NCBI GenBank assembly: GCA_016748015.1 | Contig: JAAOMT010000128.1 | Location: 441,538 to 505,537, forward strand | Origin: Geosiphon pyriformis uo1 | Lineage: Eukaryota > Fungi > Glomeromycota | Length of the DNA stretch: 64,000 nucleotides | Direction: 5' to 3' | Shown here: positions 11,909 to 24,829 of the stretch, piece by piece | Position numbering within the stretch: position 1 is the first letter of the stretch | Layout of the letters: every line of letters starts with the position of its first letter | Program-made: the position numbers and the translations under genes | Notes under the pieces: model-generated | Seen by the model: the letters and a program-made list of their open reading frames with translations, nothing else | What the model was told of the DNA's origin: nothing | Databases searched by the model: none

Positions 11909-13221
11909 ATGAACTTGAACAATTACTTTGTCTTAATAAAATTTTTGGGTAAAAGACAATACCCACCAAAATACACTCGATAGCAAAGAAAACATTTGCA
12001 CAAACAATCAAATTTCTATTTGATTCACCAAAACCAATTATATAAAAAAAACAGAAAAGATTCTGACTGTCCCCAAAAAGTCATTAGATTTGAAGAAAGA
12101 GAAATTGTAATATACAATGTGTATACTGACCCATTAGCTGGACACTTTGGAAAAACAAAAACAATTCAGAAAACTTTAGCTCACTATTATTAGCCTATTT
12201 TGGGAAAGAACATTGCCGAATACATCAAAATCTGTAACATCTGCCAAAGAAAAGGCAAATCCAATCACAAAGAAGATATCTATCCAATCTCTGTTGGTCA
12301 ACTATTTGACAGAATTGGTATAGATGTTGTTGGATCTTTAACAATAACTTCTAATGGTAACAGATACATTATCACAGCTACTGACTATCTTACAAAGTGA
12401 GTAGAAGCAAGAGCCACTCCAGACTAAATAGCAGTCTCAATAGCAAATTTCATTTATGAAAATATCATCTGTCATCATGACTGTTCAAAGAACTTTTATC
12501 TGATAGAAAAAGAGTTTTTCTTAGTACACTGGTTAAAAAACTTTGTAGAAAAATGAGAATACATCATAAACTTTCTTCTTTTTATTACCTCCAAACAAAT
12601 GGCCTAGTGGAACATTTTAATAGAACATTATGTAAAACCATAGCCAAAACCAGTAAAAAAACAAACTTATGAGACAAAGTGCTGTTTTTAGCTTTGTTTG
12701 CTTATAGAACTGTAAATCATAACATAACAAATTATGAACTTTTTTATTTGCTCTATGAATGCATAGCAACATTACCAATAGAAACTAATATTAAAACAAT
12801 ACCCTTTGAAGAAATTACAATAGAAAATTACAAAAACATTTTGTAAAGAAGACTTGGTATCATTTTTGACTCTTTGGTAGAAGCACAAATAATTGCTTTT
12901 GAAAAAATAAAACAGTTTCAAGAAAAACTTAAGAAAAAAAAAATCTATAAAACACTTTCTTTAAGTATTGGTAACTTGGTATTAGAATATTGTTTTGACA
13001 GAAACAATGTTTATAGTAATAAATTTTCTAGCCAATGGAAAGAACCCTTTATAGTGAACAAAGTTTTGAACAATGGTTTTTATATTCTTCAAGATCAATC
13101 TGGAACAATCTTTAATAATTGTTTTGTTTATAGTACACGACTCAAGAAATATCATAAATAACCTAATTGGTTGCTTGTTATGGTAATATCAACCCAAATA
13201 ATCAGCAAAAATCAAGTATAA
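11909..13221 (+). pseudogene. Element A integrase (separate ORF)
   Basis: ATG 11909 follows tandem stops. Motifs: TDPLAGHFG, CNIC, IGIDVVG, DYLTK. Confidence 0.85.
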
Positions 13222-13262
13222 ATAAATGCATTATTCCCAAAACAGAGGTATCTTCAATTGAC

Positions 13263-13885
13263 ATGAACAATTATTTTCTGAATCAAAATATTTAAAATGC
13301 TTTTTATACTTTCCATGAGTATTGAATCAAAAACTATTCAAATGCTACTTTGACAATTGGAAAACAAACCACCATAACTGATAACAGTAGAACACATACT
13401 GTTATTAGACCAAAGAAAACTACTACCAAAAGAAAAAGAATTGGTAGCAAAATAGATAAATATCTGTTGGAAAGTATAACAGCAGCTATATTTCTACCTT
13501 CTAGCACAATTAGAAAAACACTCCAAGAAATCTTACTTATAGATAAAAACTTGTCATATGAAAGGCAATTAAAATTCTATGGTCGCCTTGGTGAAATTAT
13601 AGAGGATATAAAACTTATAAAGAAAACAACTTCAGAAATACAGGCAAAAATTTTGGGCATTATATAATTAGATGTTCCAAAAGTTTTAACTATTGTCAAA
13701 AAAGCCAAAACTTTAATACAAAGATTTGGTCTCTTAGATACAAAACTCATTTTGCCTTAAGTATTATATACCCTATCCACAAAAGACTTCAACAAACTAG
13801 TTAGCTTTAAGTTAGATAAAACTCTTCAAATAGATTACCCCATGAATAGCTTGATTTTACTGAAGCTCAATCTCTTTGAAGAGGA
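13263..13885 (+). pseudogene. Element A ORF3, unknown function
   Basis: Homologous to 35195-35812 (-); includes ORF 13350-13667. Confidence 0.7.
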
Positions 13886-13888
13886 TAA

Positions 13889-14588
13889 TATTATGGTTAA
13901 AACTTATATTTCTTATTAATTATTACATGTATTAGCCATTAATGTCATATAAATTAGCCACTCTATTTTTAAATAGTAATCATTGACCTAATTAATGACC
14001 TGACTGTTGACTTGATCATTGATTTGATTATTGACCTAGTCATTAACCTGATCATTGATTACTTTTGACAACTATATAAGCAATGAATCTCTTAGCTATA
14101 GAAAAGCATGTTCAAAATAATCAAAAATAAATAAAATAACAACTTTCATCTCAATCATTTTCTTATTGCTAATTTTCTTTTCTCTACCTTTAATTATCCA
14201 AACATTTTTGGATAAAAGATTACTTATTGGTTAATTCTTACTCTTTTCCTAAAATGTATAAGTGTAGTATTTGAAGATTATTGAATAAAATGTGACTGAA
14301 AAGCACATCTGATACTTGATATTGAATTCTAAGAGCACTGATATGAGGCATAGAATTATACCAAATGTGATTATTTGTTAACAGTATGAACTATTCTTCT
14401 ACCTTCAAATTCTCCAGTTACCTTTTGAAAAGAATAGTGACTGAGATATTTTATGAAACTGATCTCACACATTGAATCTATACTTATTTAATTTGCTCTT
14501 TGAAGTTGAATTCTCTTTGATTATTTCCATTACCCTACAATTCTGTTCTCCTTTGCTATCCATTAGCTTATTACTCTAATTCATAACA
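13889..14588 (+). repeat. 3' LTR of element A (12-bp TTGACCTGATCA-type tandem repeats)
   Basis: Reverse-complement homolog of the E LTRs; ends CATAACA. Confidence 0.88.
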
Positions 14589-15453
14589 CTACCATGAGGA
14601 CCAGCATTATTAAGTAATAGCAAAATCTTTTTTTTCTTGTGATGCATTTTTTTATTTAATAAATTAAGCTATTCACTAAAAATATCAGTTTGCATCCATG
14701 CTTTTGTATTGTAATAATAAGTGATTGGAAGTGTATTCATATTAATATTGCAAAAACATTGTGGCTTTGTAGCTTTGCTAATAATTAAAGACTGCAACTT
14801 AATGCTGCCTGTTGCATTAAAAGCAAGAAGTATGGTAATTCAACTCTTATTATGCTTGGTGCCAAAGGTAGATCTTGTTGCCAAAGTTGCATTTAGTGGC
14901 ATTCTAAAGAATAATGCTGTTTTATCAATATTGTAAATATTATTTAGATCATATTTACTAATAATCTTATGCAGTTTCTCTCGTTCTTCTGGTAAAATTT
15001 CCAAGGAAGCACTGTTTGCTTCACCATGCATCTTAATATGATGCAAATTATGACGTTTTTTGAACTTTTCTAACCAACCATCTGATGCTTTAAAGTTATT
15101 TTTTCTGGAAACTTTTTAGCAAACTTGAGGACTTTTATTTGTAAAATTTTTCCAGTAAGAATGCAGTTGGTAGCTAGTGCTCCAAGCATCTATTCTCTCA
15201 GTGCATCATTTATCTTCAGAAACATCTCTTTCCTGTCCTTTGTTAATTAATCAGAGTTGTCAGATACATTCTTTTCAATTTATTGGTCTGATTTTGCAAA
15301 TATCTTTATTACAATAGAACAGTTAATTTTTAGATTAAATATTTTGATAAGTTTATTTGCTGAATAGTCAAGATGCTTTAGTTTGTACTGGCAGAGAGCC
15401 TTTTTAGTTTCCAAAGAGATTGCTGCTCGCTTTTGGTTCACGTTTTTTGGCAT
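14589..15453 (-). mobile_element. pogo/Tigger (CENP-B-like, Tc1/mariner superfamily) transposase remnant, cut in its DDE domain by element A
   Basis: Minus-strand translation reads MPKNVNQKRAAISLETK...FKASDGWLEKFKKRH...HGEANS...IYNIDKTALF...NTKAWM...ILLLLNNAGPH. Confidence 0.9.
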
Positions 15454-16049
15454 GTTAATAAGAACACACTTTTTATTGCATTTTGCTTTTATAATGTGTT
15501 GATGTATTTGTTATGTCTCAAACATCATTTTGCCTTATATCTAATTGGACATATGAAGTATCTTATGTCATATGAGATACCTCAGATTATAAAAAGTGGC
15601 CAAATTGTAAAAATGAAGATTTTAATCCAACTATAGGATTCTAAGTGCAAATAACAGATTTTCAGTAAAAAAAACCTAATTTTTATAATACATCTGTGAC
15701 ACTTTTTGTCTCTTACCCCCAACTAATAATCAATAATAAAGGCTGTTAATTTAATCCTCTACATACTTACATAATTGCATAGAAGATAGCATAATGTTAT
15801 GTTGTTAAGTCTCCTAAACACAGCAATGCTTATATTAATTAGAATATTGATATAAAATACTTTGCACAATGTTAGGGATATCAAAGTAAAAGTCAACTGC
15901 AGTTTTTTAAAAAATGTTCTGATTATTATAAGTCGTAAGATTCAATATGTAATATATATAGACATGCAATGAATTCCGAATTAATGTGGCTATGTTGTTT
16001 CTAAGGAAAATTCATTTATTGAAGGTTACTTAAAATGAGCCCAAAATAA

Positions 16050-16700
16050 AACAGATTCCACATTCAGATTAAAGTATAAACAAGTCTTTTTTTATTTACA
16101 AGCAATTATTAACTTTCACATTGGAGTTTGTTTCAATAGATTTTCATTAAGACTCATGACTAGACAAATATTTGCACCAATTTGGTTTGTTTAGCACCAT
16201 CCTATTTACCAATTAATTGAAATTGCTAATAAAAAACAATGACTATGATTGAAGCCTAAAGTTTGCAAGCTGATTCAAGAAAAAATTGTAATTTCTCAAT
16301 CTAAACTTTTAAATCAACATCAAGGCCATAATGCAATACTTAAAGAAATTAACAAAATGCTCAAATCATTGATTCTTTCTACACCTTCACAATGGCATTG
16401 GGAAATTGCAGCACATAATTGTATCAAATTTGAAAGATTGTGTACTAACTTTTTTAATGTTATCAGATATTCTAAAAATGAAATATACAGGTCCTGTACA
16501 TGTTCTAGTTTTATTGCTGAATCAAATTGATTTCGAGTTCAGATAAGAAAAACACAGTTTGTAAATTCAAATGTCTCTAATTGTGTTTTTTGTAATATTG
16601 GCCATAAATGGATATTAAGCAAAGAAATAAAAAAATTCAGTGAAAAAATTCAGTGAAATTGCACAGATTAAAAAAATAAACTTTCTTAAAGTAAGACAAA
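16050..16700 (+). pseudogene. Decayed coding remnant of unknown, probably transposon-derived, protein
   Basis: ORF 16249-16530 (QGHNAILKEINK...WHWEIAAHNC) extends through stops on both sides; CpG-depleted like the TEs. Confidence 0.35.
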
Positions 16701-19556
16701 TTAAAAAAACATTGTTAAGTACTTGAAAACTAATTCCAATAATAAGTGAAGAAACAGATCATCAAAAAATGTAAATCTGTTAATAAAATCACAACTATTA
16801 TCTATTATTAACTTTCTAATAACTCTTTTAAGTGATCATGTTTTCAAAGCTTATCAAGTTAATCATGTGACAGCCTAATAAATATTCTTTAAGAAGTTAG
16901 AAATATATTGTATTATATACAGTTTTGTTTACATTGAGTTGGATGCATTACCATTTATAATTGGCATTTTTAAAACATGATATATTGAGTCTAAGTCCAA
17001 ATCTCTATTCTACATAATTATGTTTGGATTATGAAAAGCATTCAACACGGATTTATTTGTCCTAAAAAAGTTGATTTTTAATACATCTTTAAAACTATTA
17101 GTCAAACTTTTGCTCGCTAATACTAAATATTGGTCGAATAATAAATATGATTGCTAGTATAGAGCCTTTTTTTAATCACAAATGCCAAAGTTGGTGTGAA
17201 AATGTATTTATTGGGTATATATTAGAATTCTCATGCTCTGAGTTTTATTACTGGTCACATTTTTTTTCTTAAGGAAAAATAAATTCAAATTCTGTTCCCA
17301 GTTAATTTGCTCAAGCAATATCCCATTAATAAACTTGTTCCTAGAAGATCTCATTAGGCCATTATTCTCACTTGTAGGTCTGTTAATTTTTTCTCCCAAT
17401 ATGGAGAAAAAGTAATCTTATTAGCCAAAGTTTAATCCAGATTAACTTCATTGATATCCATAACAACAGCATCTAAAGCACTACCAGTTTCTAAAACACC
17501 AAGAGCAGCAGTACTATACCATATGTTAACTATTATTAAAACTCTCATAATACTCACAAACAACAAGCCAGATATAATAGTTCTGTCATTGTTTTCTGAT
17601 AGTGGTAGCAGCTTATAAAAAAGAAGAATAATTGAATGTTGTAATATTTCAGAAATTTTGTTTAGTGTTCTACAATCATTTTCAGAAACTTTTCTAATTT
17701 TTTTTACTACCATAAAAAGAATAATTTCCATTGACAAATCGGAAAATCTCCTTGACTATACATGTTTAATTAAATATGAGATAACATTTGATGTTCATAT
17801 CTAATATCATATGATTATAGTGTGACTATAAAGAGTGGAAATTATTTATATTCTGCTATCATATTTGTGGGAATAGGGACTATAAGGAGATATATATAGT
17901 AAAAGTGACTATAAGAAAATAATATTATATATAAATAGTTTTGGTTTTTAAAAAAATATGATTATAAGAAGATAGTAATTATAACCAGAAGGATTATAAA
18001 AAAAGTTTACTATATAGCAATTGAGCACCAAGTTATGAGTTTGTTATTTGTCTTGAGACCCCAAATAATTATCTGTAACATTTGGTGCTTTCTGTAAGAT
18101 ATAATCTTACAGAGAACCAGCACCAACACAACAATAATCCAAAAGTGGCAGAATCAGAAAGAATAGGAACAAACCATTTAAGATTTGCCAAATCTTTGTT
18201 TTAATATTATTGCCAATACTTGGGATTAACCAACAACCACCTATCAGCAGAATCAGTTTTCAATTTCTACATCAACAAAAAGATCTTATATTTGTTAAGA
18301 GTACCAGTAGAAACCAACTCAGCTAGAGGGAATTTCTACAATGAATTAATCCAAAATACTAACTTATCAGCAAATTATAATTTTACAGCCATCTTTACTG
18401 AAATCAATAAAGAAATTAAACATCACACTCAACAAAGATACTCAATCACCTACACAAACAAAGGCAAAAGAAAACTACAAACACTTATGTAGAAAAAAAC
18501 AAGAGTAGGATTTCCAACTAATTCATTATATTATTATACCCCCAGAAGCACCATTAACATCTCATCAGCAGGGATGTTTACATCAAATGTGACATTAACA
18601 TTTGGACAACTCCCATTTTAAAGTAAACAAAAGAAAGCAGAATTACTAGGAACCTACAGTAATTATTTTGAAGAATTTAAATTGCAATTGCCAATGCCAT
18701 CAGAATTTTGATTACTGTTATCTTTACCAGATTTTGGAACTAAGAGTCCTTGGGAATTAACAGAATCAGAAGAAGAGGAAGACAATAATCAGGAATTCAA
18801 CTATCAAAACCTGATTATCAAAAACTCTAAAATCAAAACTTCAAATGTTTAAACTCAGCAAAACCCGATTTTGAAAAATTCAGAAATTGAAATTCCACAA
18901 AACCAGACTGATCCCAACTCCAACATTAATAATCAACAACACTTACCACCAGAAATTGTCATTAATTTACCACCAGTTGTTACATTATAACAATTACTAT
19001 TACTATAACAACAACAACAACAACAACCAAACTTGGATCCAATAATCTATGTCCCAATAGCAAAGCTTGAAAAGTTTATAGACAAAGAAGACGATGTCTA
19101 AGTGTGGCTAAACAATGTTGAAAAAGCCATTGCAGCCAATGGATGGAATAATGCCAGAGTCATGCAAGCCATCTTATACTTTCTTTAGAATACTGCCAAC
19201 TCATAGTATCAAAGCTTGGTTAACAAACCTCAAGATTTCAATGCCTTTAAGCTTGCATTCCTACAATATTTTAGCAATAATAATAGCATTAACCAATTGG
19301 TCAACACTTTTACTACCATCAAACAAGGAAAAAATGAAGCAGTCATCACTTACTTAAGATGCTTTCACAAAAATTTGCACCAGATTCAAGCCATACAAGC
19401 CAATTATTTCACAGTGCCACAAATCCTAAACCAATTTATTAGAGGCTTATGCAATAGCATCCTTCAACATATACACCCAATGTATCCAGCAGACTTTCAA
19501 GTTACAGTTACCAACACCAGAAATTTTGAAGCAGCTGAACTCAAAACCAACTATGC

Positions 19557-20500
19557 TGTTATAGATGATTATTTGGGGTCTCAAAGCAAATAACAAACCC
19601 ATAACTTGGTGCTCAATTGATATAATGTTGTTGGTAATATCTAAAGATTTTGTTATTTGAAGGTTTTGGTTGAGTCCTTTGTATAATAAACAGAGATTTA
19701 ATAGTTGTTTATTCATAGCTTCTCAGAATTGCAATTCTGTCAATTTTTTTCTTCAGCTTAATGGTCAATACTCCTCTGGTAAGTAATTTATAATTCTTTT
19801 ACATGCTTTATTCACTCACAAAGGTCTTTTACCAGGCAATCCTTGATGTTAATAACTTAGTACTTTAATTCTTTAATCAATTTAGTGAACAACAAAAGAA
19901 AATAAAATAAAATAAAGAAAATAAAAGAAAATAAAGAAATAAAGAAAATAAAATAAAAAATAAAAAATAAGTATCCTGTTAATAGCCATGATTAAAAGCT
20001 ATTGTGCCAACAAATTAAGTAGTGGATAATAACATGGATTTGAAGATAATAGATAATTTCATTAATATGAAAGTGATTTTACTTCAAGTTATAGTATTTT
20101 ATCTTTTGAAGAAAGAATATTTAATAATTATAACCTGTAAATCTAATTGACTCTGAGAGTCCTACTGACTTTTAGTCTTCTTTACTTTGAGCCTAATTGA
20201 CTAATTTTCTAGCTTCTGATATTACTGCTATATATACATAAATTTTATTGTATGAGATTTCTTGAATTTCTCAATTCTCTAGCCAAGAATTCTGGAATTT
20301 TTGGAATTTCTGGAATCCTGCAATTCTTTTGAGAGGAATTCTGAAATTTTGGAATCCTGCAATTTTTTATACAAGAATCCTGAAATTCTTGGAATCCTGC
20401 AATTCCTTTAAGAGGAATTCTGGAATTCTATTTTTACTATATTTATTTTGAGTGGCTAATTTATGTACTAATATTTAATTCCTATATTCTATAAGTAACA
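19557..20500 (-). mobile_element. Solo LTR (family 2, F-type U3) inserted in gag of C
   Basis: TGTTA...TAACA termini, TSD ATGC/ATGT, reverse-complement homology to the B/C/F LTRs, no internal region. Confidence 0.93.
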
Positions 20501-21641
20501 ATGTCCAAGCCGTAAATTTAGTGATGAATAGATTATTTGACTTGGATTTCAAATTGAAGCAATTCAGTAAATCAATCAATTAGAAATTAGAAGGATACTT
20601 AGCTAACAACAATCAGACAATTTATCAATCTTTTTAATGATACAATAATCAAGGAAACTCTAATTGCACCTAAAATCAATCACATTCAGTATTGGTAACC
20701 AATTACCAGTGGTAGCAGGAAACACATGTATGCCACTATTGTGGTAAACAAAGACATTTGCAATTTGAATGTTGCAAAAAGATAAGTAATCTAAGATTAA
20801 CTAATTAGTATTAAAACTCTGATCATCAACTACAAACTCAGAATTACATCAGTAATCAATTACCAGAACAATACCAATCTTAATTACATTACTTTTCAGT
20901 AATGCAGCCAATTTATCAAACCCCAATAATGCAGCAATTATATTCACCTCCAGTATATTAGTCTTTAGCATTAATCTATCAATTAACAACACCCATAATC
21001 TATTAACCAGTGCAGCCACAAGTAATCTATTAGACACTAGCAATCTTAACTCCAAACTCAGTTCAAATAACATCAGGAAATCCCAGATTTAGAGTCACTT
21101 AAAACTGAAGATTAGTGATGGTTGTTTACTAACCAATTTCTAATTCTTCAAACCAGTTATCAAAATCATGCCAGCAGAATTCAGGAACCGGGTATACCCA
21201 AAACCTGAGTTTTCAGAACTATTTAAGTCTCCTGGTAACTTCAGAAAATGCCACTTTCAACAACATGAAACCCAACCAAAAACAACCACTCACCAGCAAC
21301 ATACTTCCAGCCATTATTACCAATGATAAATTACTTACAGCTATCTTCCCATTTGAACTTAAGAAACCAACATCCACATCTTTGTTCAGTGGAACCACAC
21401 TTGAAAAAAAACCAATCACTGCTATATACACTAATGTTAAAGTTAATGGCCATTCCATCAAACTAATATTAGATAGTGGATTAGCAGGCAGCATTATCAC
21501 ATAACAACTCATGGACCAATTAGGTTGCCAAGTTAATTGTACTGCCAGTACCAAAATTATAATAGCCAATAGAGTAACTAAAACTCCAATTGAAAAAATT
21601 GATAACTTACTCATTGAAATTAATGGCATCATAGTACCCAT

Positions 21642-22588
21642 TATTACCGGAGGTTTTTGGTCTCTTCTTAGCTCTTGTATGTTTGTTGTAATGCTGTTAA
21701 TTCACGACTATGAGAAGTGTTTGAACCTCCGATAACTGAATTTATCCTCAAATTATCTCCTATAATTTAAACTGCTGGACTTATAAGTAGAATGGCCAAT
21801 TCTGTGCCAGTTACTTTGTATAATTACATTGTAGTAAACGTCAATTCTTTCCCAGGAATTGCTTGTCTGAAAGCTTACTAAAAATGTGTAGTTACTTTGC
21901 TGTGAAAGTTAACTCTTCTACAGGAATCTCATCTATAGGCTACCCTAATGATTGTAATAAGAAAAGAAAGGAAAAATAAAAGAAATGTAAAAGAAATAAG
22001 ATTTTATCAAGGGAAACGTTTTCTATCCAGGCCTGGAGTCACTAACAGTTTACTGAAATTGGTAGCTAATCAATTTCAAAATATTAGTTGGGTTTTGAGG
22101 ATTTTCCAAGTGTAATAATTAAAGAATTTGGTTTTTCGAATTATTTGATATTTATTTCTTTTTGTGTGTATAAGAACAGTTCTAAGAAATAAATCTAAAG
22201 TAAGATACCTTTTCTCGAAAAGAGAAGCTCTTCTTTTATACAACTTGTCATAATACTATTTTATGAACTTGAACTTTGCTCTTTTCTACAATTTTACTGA
22301 ACTGAAGATATATTTTGGCAAACTACAAGTTATTTCTGCAAACTATTAGATATTTCAGTGAACTATCAATTATTTCGGCAAATTTCTACATATTTCGGGG
22401 TATTGCATAATTAATCATTGCACTTAGGTTACATTTGTATTATGTACAAATTGGGTTATTAATTAAATAATAATTTCAGACATTTTGCTAATGTAATAAG
22501 TGATAATTTGAAATAATAATATGCTAATTAATGATAGAAATAAAGATAATTTCATGCTAAATAATATCTCTAATTTTATCTGATAACA
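21642..22588 (-). repeat. 3' LTR of element D
   Basis: Direct repeat of 30501-31472; contains ~21-bp ATTTCGGCAAACT-type units. Confidence 0.95.
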
Positions 22589-22591
22589 TAA

Positions 22592-23277
22592 CCTCCTCCT
22601 TAAGACTGAGCTCTGTTGAAGTCCAAGTACTGTCTGTAATTTTCAGATAATAATCCAAAATTATTAAAGAAATTTGGTCTGAAAATTGTTGAAATTTCAG
22701 TTCTGTGAGCTTTCCAATGTATTGAATCTTCAAAGATTGTAAAATTGGGTTTTGTAAGACGTTTTCACAGGTGTGGAATAGGTCATAAAGTCTAAGAGCA
22801 GCTTTGAGCTTGTAGTGACTGTTTGTTGGTCCAGCTGTTGTCTTGAATTTGTTGTGAAATTGTTTCTGAATAGCTTTTTTTGTGAGGTTTGCTGTTGTAA
22901 GTTCCAGTTTTTGTTTGTAGAGTGTTTTTCCAATATGAAAATATCTATAGATTGGAGAGTATTCAGTGCTTTTCTTATTGAGACACAGTTGAAGTTTTTG
23001 TTGAATTGTAGTATTTGGTGGAATACTAATTGGGATGAGTATTAAGTTTTCTCTTAAAGCAAGCTTTAAAAGTTCTGGCAGATGAATTCCAGAATAACTT
23101 CTTGTGTTCTTCTTATACGGATGATATTTTCATGAATTTGGGGCTAAATTTGTAACTACTTCTGTTTGAGTATAATTAATGTGGTTTCCAGTAATAGTAA
23201 TAGACAATTCAGGTATTGTTTTTAAAGCTAACATTAGTTTTTAGAATAATTGTTGAATGTTTTGAGGAATAGTTATT
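22592..23277 (-). pseudogene. Element D ORF3, unknown function
   Basis: TIPQNIQQLF...LSITITGNHINY...KLKAALRLYDLF...IQYIGKLTELKF...; same position as, and weak similarity to, ORF3 of B and E. Confidence 0.6.
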
Positions 23278-23397
23278 ATAAGAGATTTAAAAATAAAGAA
23301 AATTATTTTTGGTATATGGGTTTTTATGTTATTTTTGTTTTGTTTTTGTGAGATTGTTTCTAAATTATAAGGAGATAACTATAATAATAAATTTAAA

Positions 23398-24783
23398 TTA
23401 AGTGTTCAAGTTGGGAGGTTGTTCAATAACAACTATTGGTTCTAAATTTTGGGGAATATCTTCAGGACTGATTAAAAAGGAATGTGTACCAATTTGTGGA
23501 ATTAATGATTCAGAATTGTTTCTAGAATTATAGTGTTTCAAACAATCTCCATGTGCAACTTTTGCTAGGATTTTGTTATCAAGTCTTAGCTTGTATGATC
23601 CGTTGCCTAGGACTTCATGGATAAAAAATGGTCCATCCCATTTATTTTCAAATTTTCCACTTCATTGTTTTTCAGCTTTAGTTCTGTGTAAGAAAACTTT
23701 GTTTCCAATTTTAAATTTATTGGTAACTGGAGACAGTTTGTCGTTATGCCATTCTTTTTGTTGAGCTTGGAAGTGTTTAATATGGGTGGCTGCTATTTGT
23801 CATTTTTCTTCTAACATGCTAAGCAGAGTATAGGCTCTTTGTTATAGTGTTTCCTGAAAGTTGTCTTTATCAATTGGTTATACTGGGTATGTTTCTATTA
23901 TGAAACTAATTGGTAACGTTGCTGTCCTTCCATAAGTTAAATCAAATGGTGTGTGTTTTGTGGTATCTTGTTTTAGTGTTTTATATGCTAGTAACACTGA
24001 TAGAATAAAGAGATCCCATTTTTGCTCAAAATTAGTTGAGACTTTGGCTAATGATTCACACAATGTTCTGTTAAAACGTTCTACAAGTTCATTTGTTTGT
24101 GGATGGTAGGACGAAAATAATGGTCTCTTGACATTAAATTGTTCATAAATTTTCTGGATTAAATTGTTCATGAAATGTGTTCCTTAATCAGATAAAAGTT
24201 TTATTGAGCATCCATGTCTACAAATAATGTCTTTGTAGATGAAGTTTGCTACTAATTTTGCATCTGCTTATTGAATGGCTCTCGCTTTGGGCCATTTGGT
24301 GAGATAGTTTATCACTACTGCAATATAACAGTTTCCTTGGTTTGTGATAAGTAGTGGTTTGACTAAATTAATACCAATTCAGTCAAAAGACTGTTCAACT
24401 TTGATTGGATTTAAAGGTTCTGTAGAGCGAGTTCCTTCTCTTCTTTGACAACTATCACAAGACTTAACGTATTCATGAATGTCTTTTCTTATTCAAGGCC
24501 AGAAGTAATATTCTAGTGTTTTTTGGGTGGTGCTGTCTTTTCTTAGGTGTGCTAATGAAGGGTCTAAGTACATATTATATAAAATGGTTTCTTTTTTATG
24601 TTCTTGTATTAATCTGAGTGGATTGTCTGGGTTTCTGAAGTTTCGATAATAAATTATGTTGTTGTGTAAAAGGTATTGTTTGGCTTGTTGTTGTAACCGA
24701 TGTTTTTTATCTGGGAACCAATCTGTTAGGATTGTTAATGTCTCCAAATATTGTTTAAGATTGTTGTAATTTTCGGGGTTCAT
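23398..24783 (-). pseudogene. Element D integrase (separate ORF)
   Basis: ATG 24783 (MNPENYNNL) lies 46 nt after the RNase H stop. Motifs: YYFWP, YHPQTNELVERFN, WDGPF. Confidence 0.88.
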
Positions 24784-24829
24784 TGTTTATTGTTTTGTGG
24801 TTAATTCAAATGGGTGTTGGTTTTGTATT

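Larger units (their letters stand above)
1..14588 (+). mobile_element. Ty3/Gypsy LTR retrotransposon, element A (family 1, same as E); 5' part lies outside the window; interrupted by element B at 1621-11744
   Basis: RT motifs (LCFCIDY, KTAFITKYG, VYLDD) and RNase H split across the B insertion. Integrase, ORF3, PPT gaagaggataa and 3' LTR follow. Colinear with the reverse complement of 34449-42197. Confidence 0.92.

Noticed and set aside
17208-17737. Two minus-strand ORFs, possibly the 3' end of the LINE
   Set aside because: No diagnostic motif; cannot be assigned without a search.
20280-20430. Heat-shock element array in the solo and F LTRs
   Set aside because: TTCnnGAA pairs occur, but three correctly spaced nGAAn units are not clear. 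Mentioned only under U3 modules.
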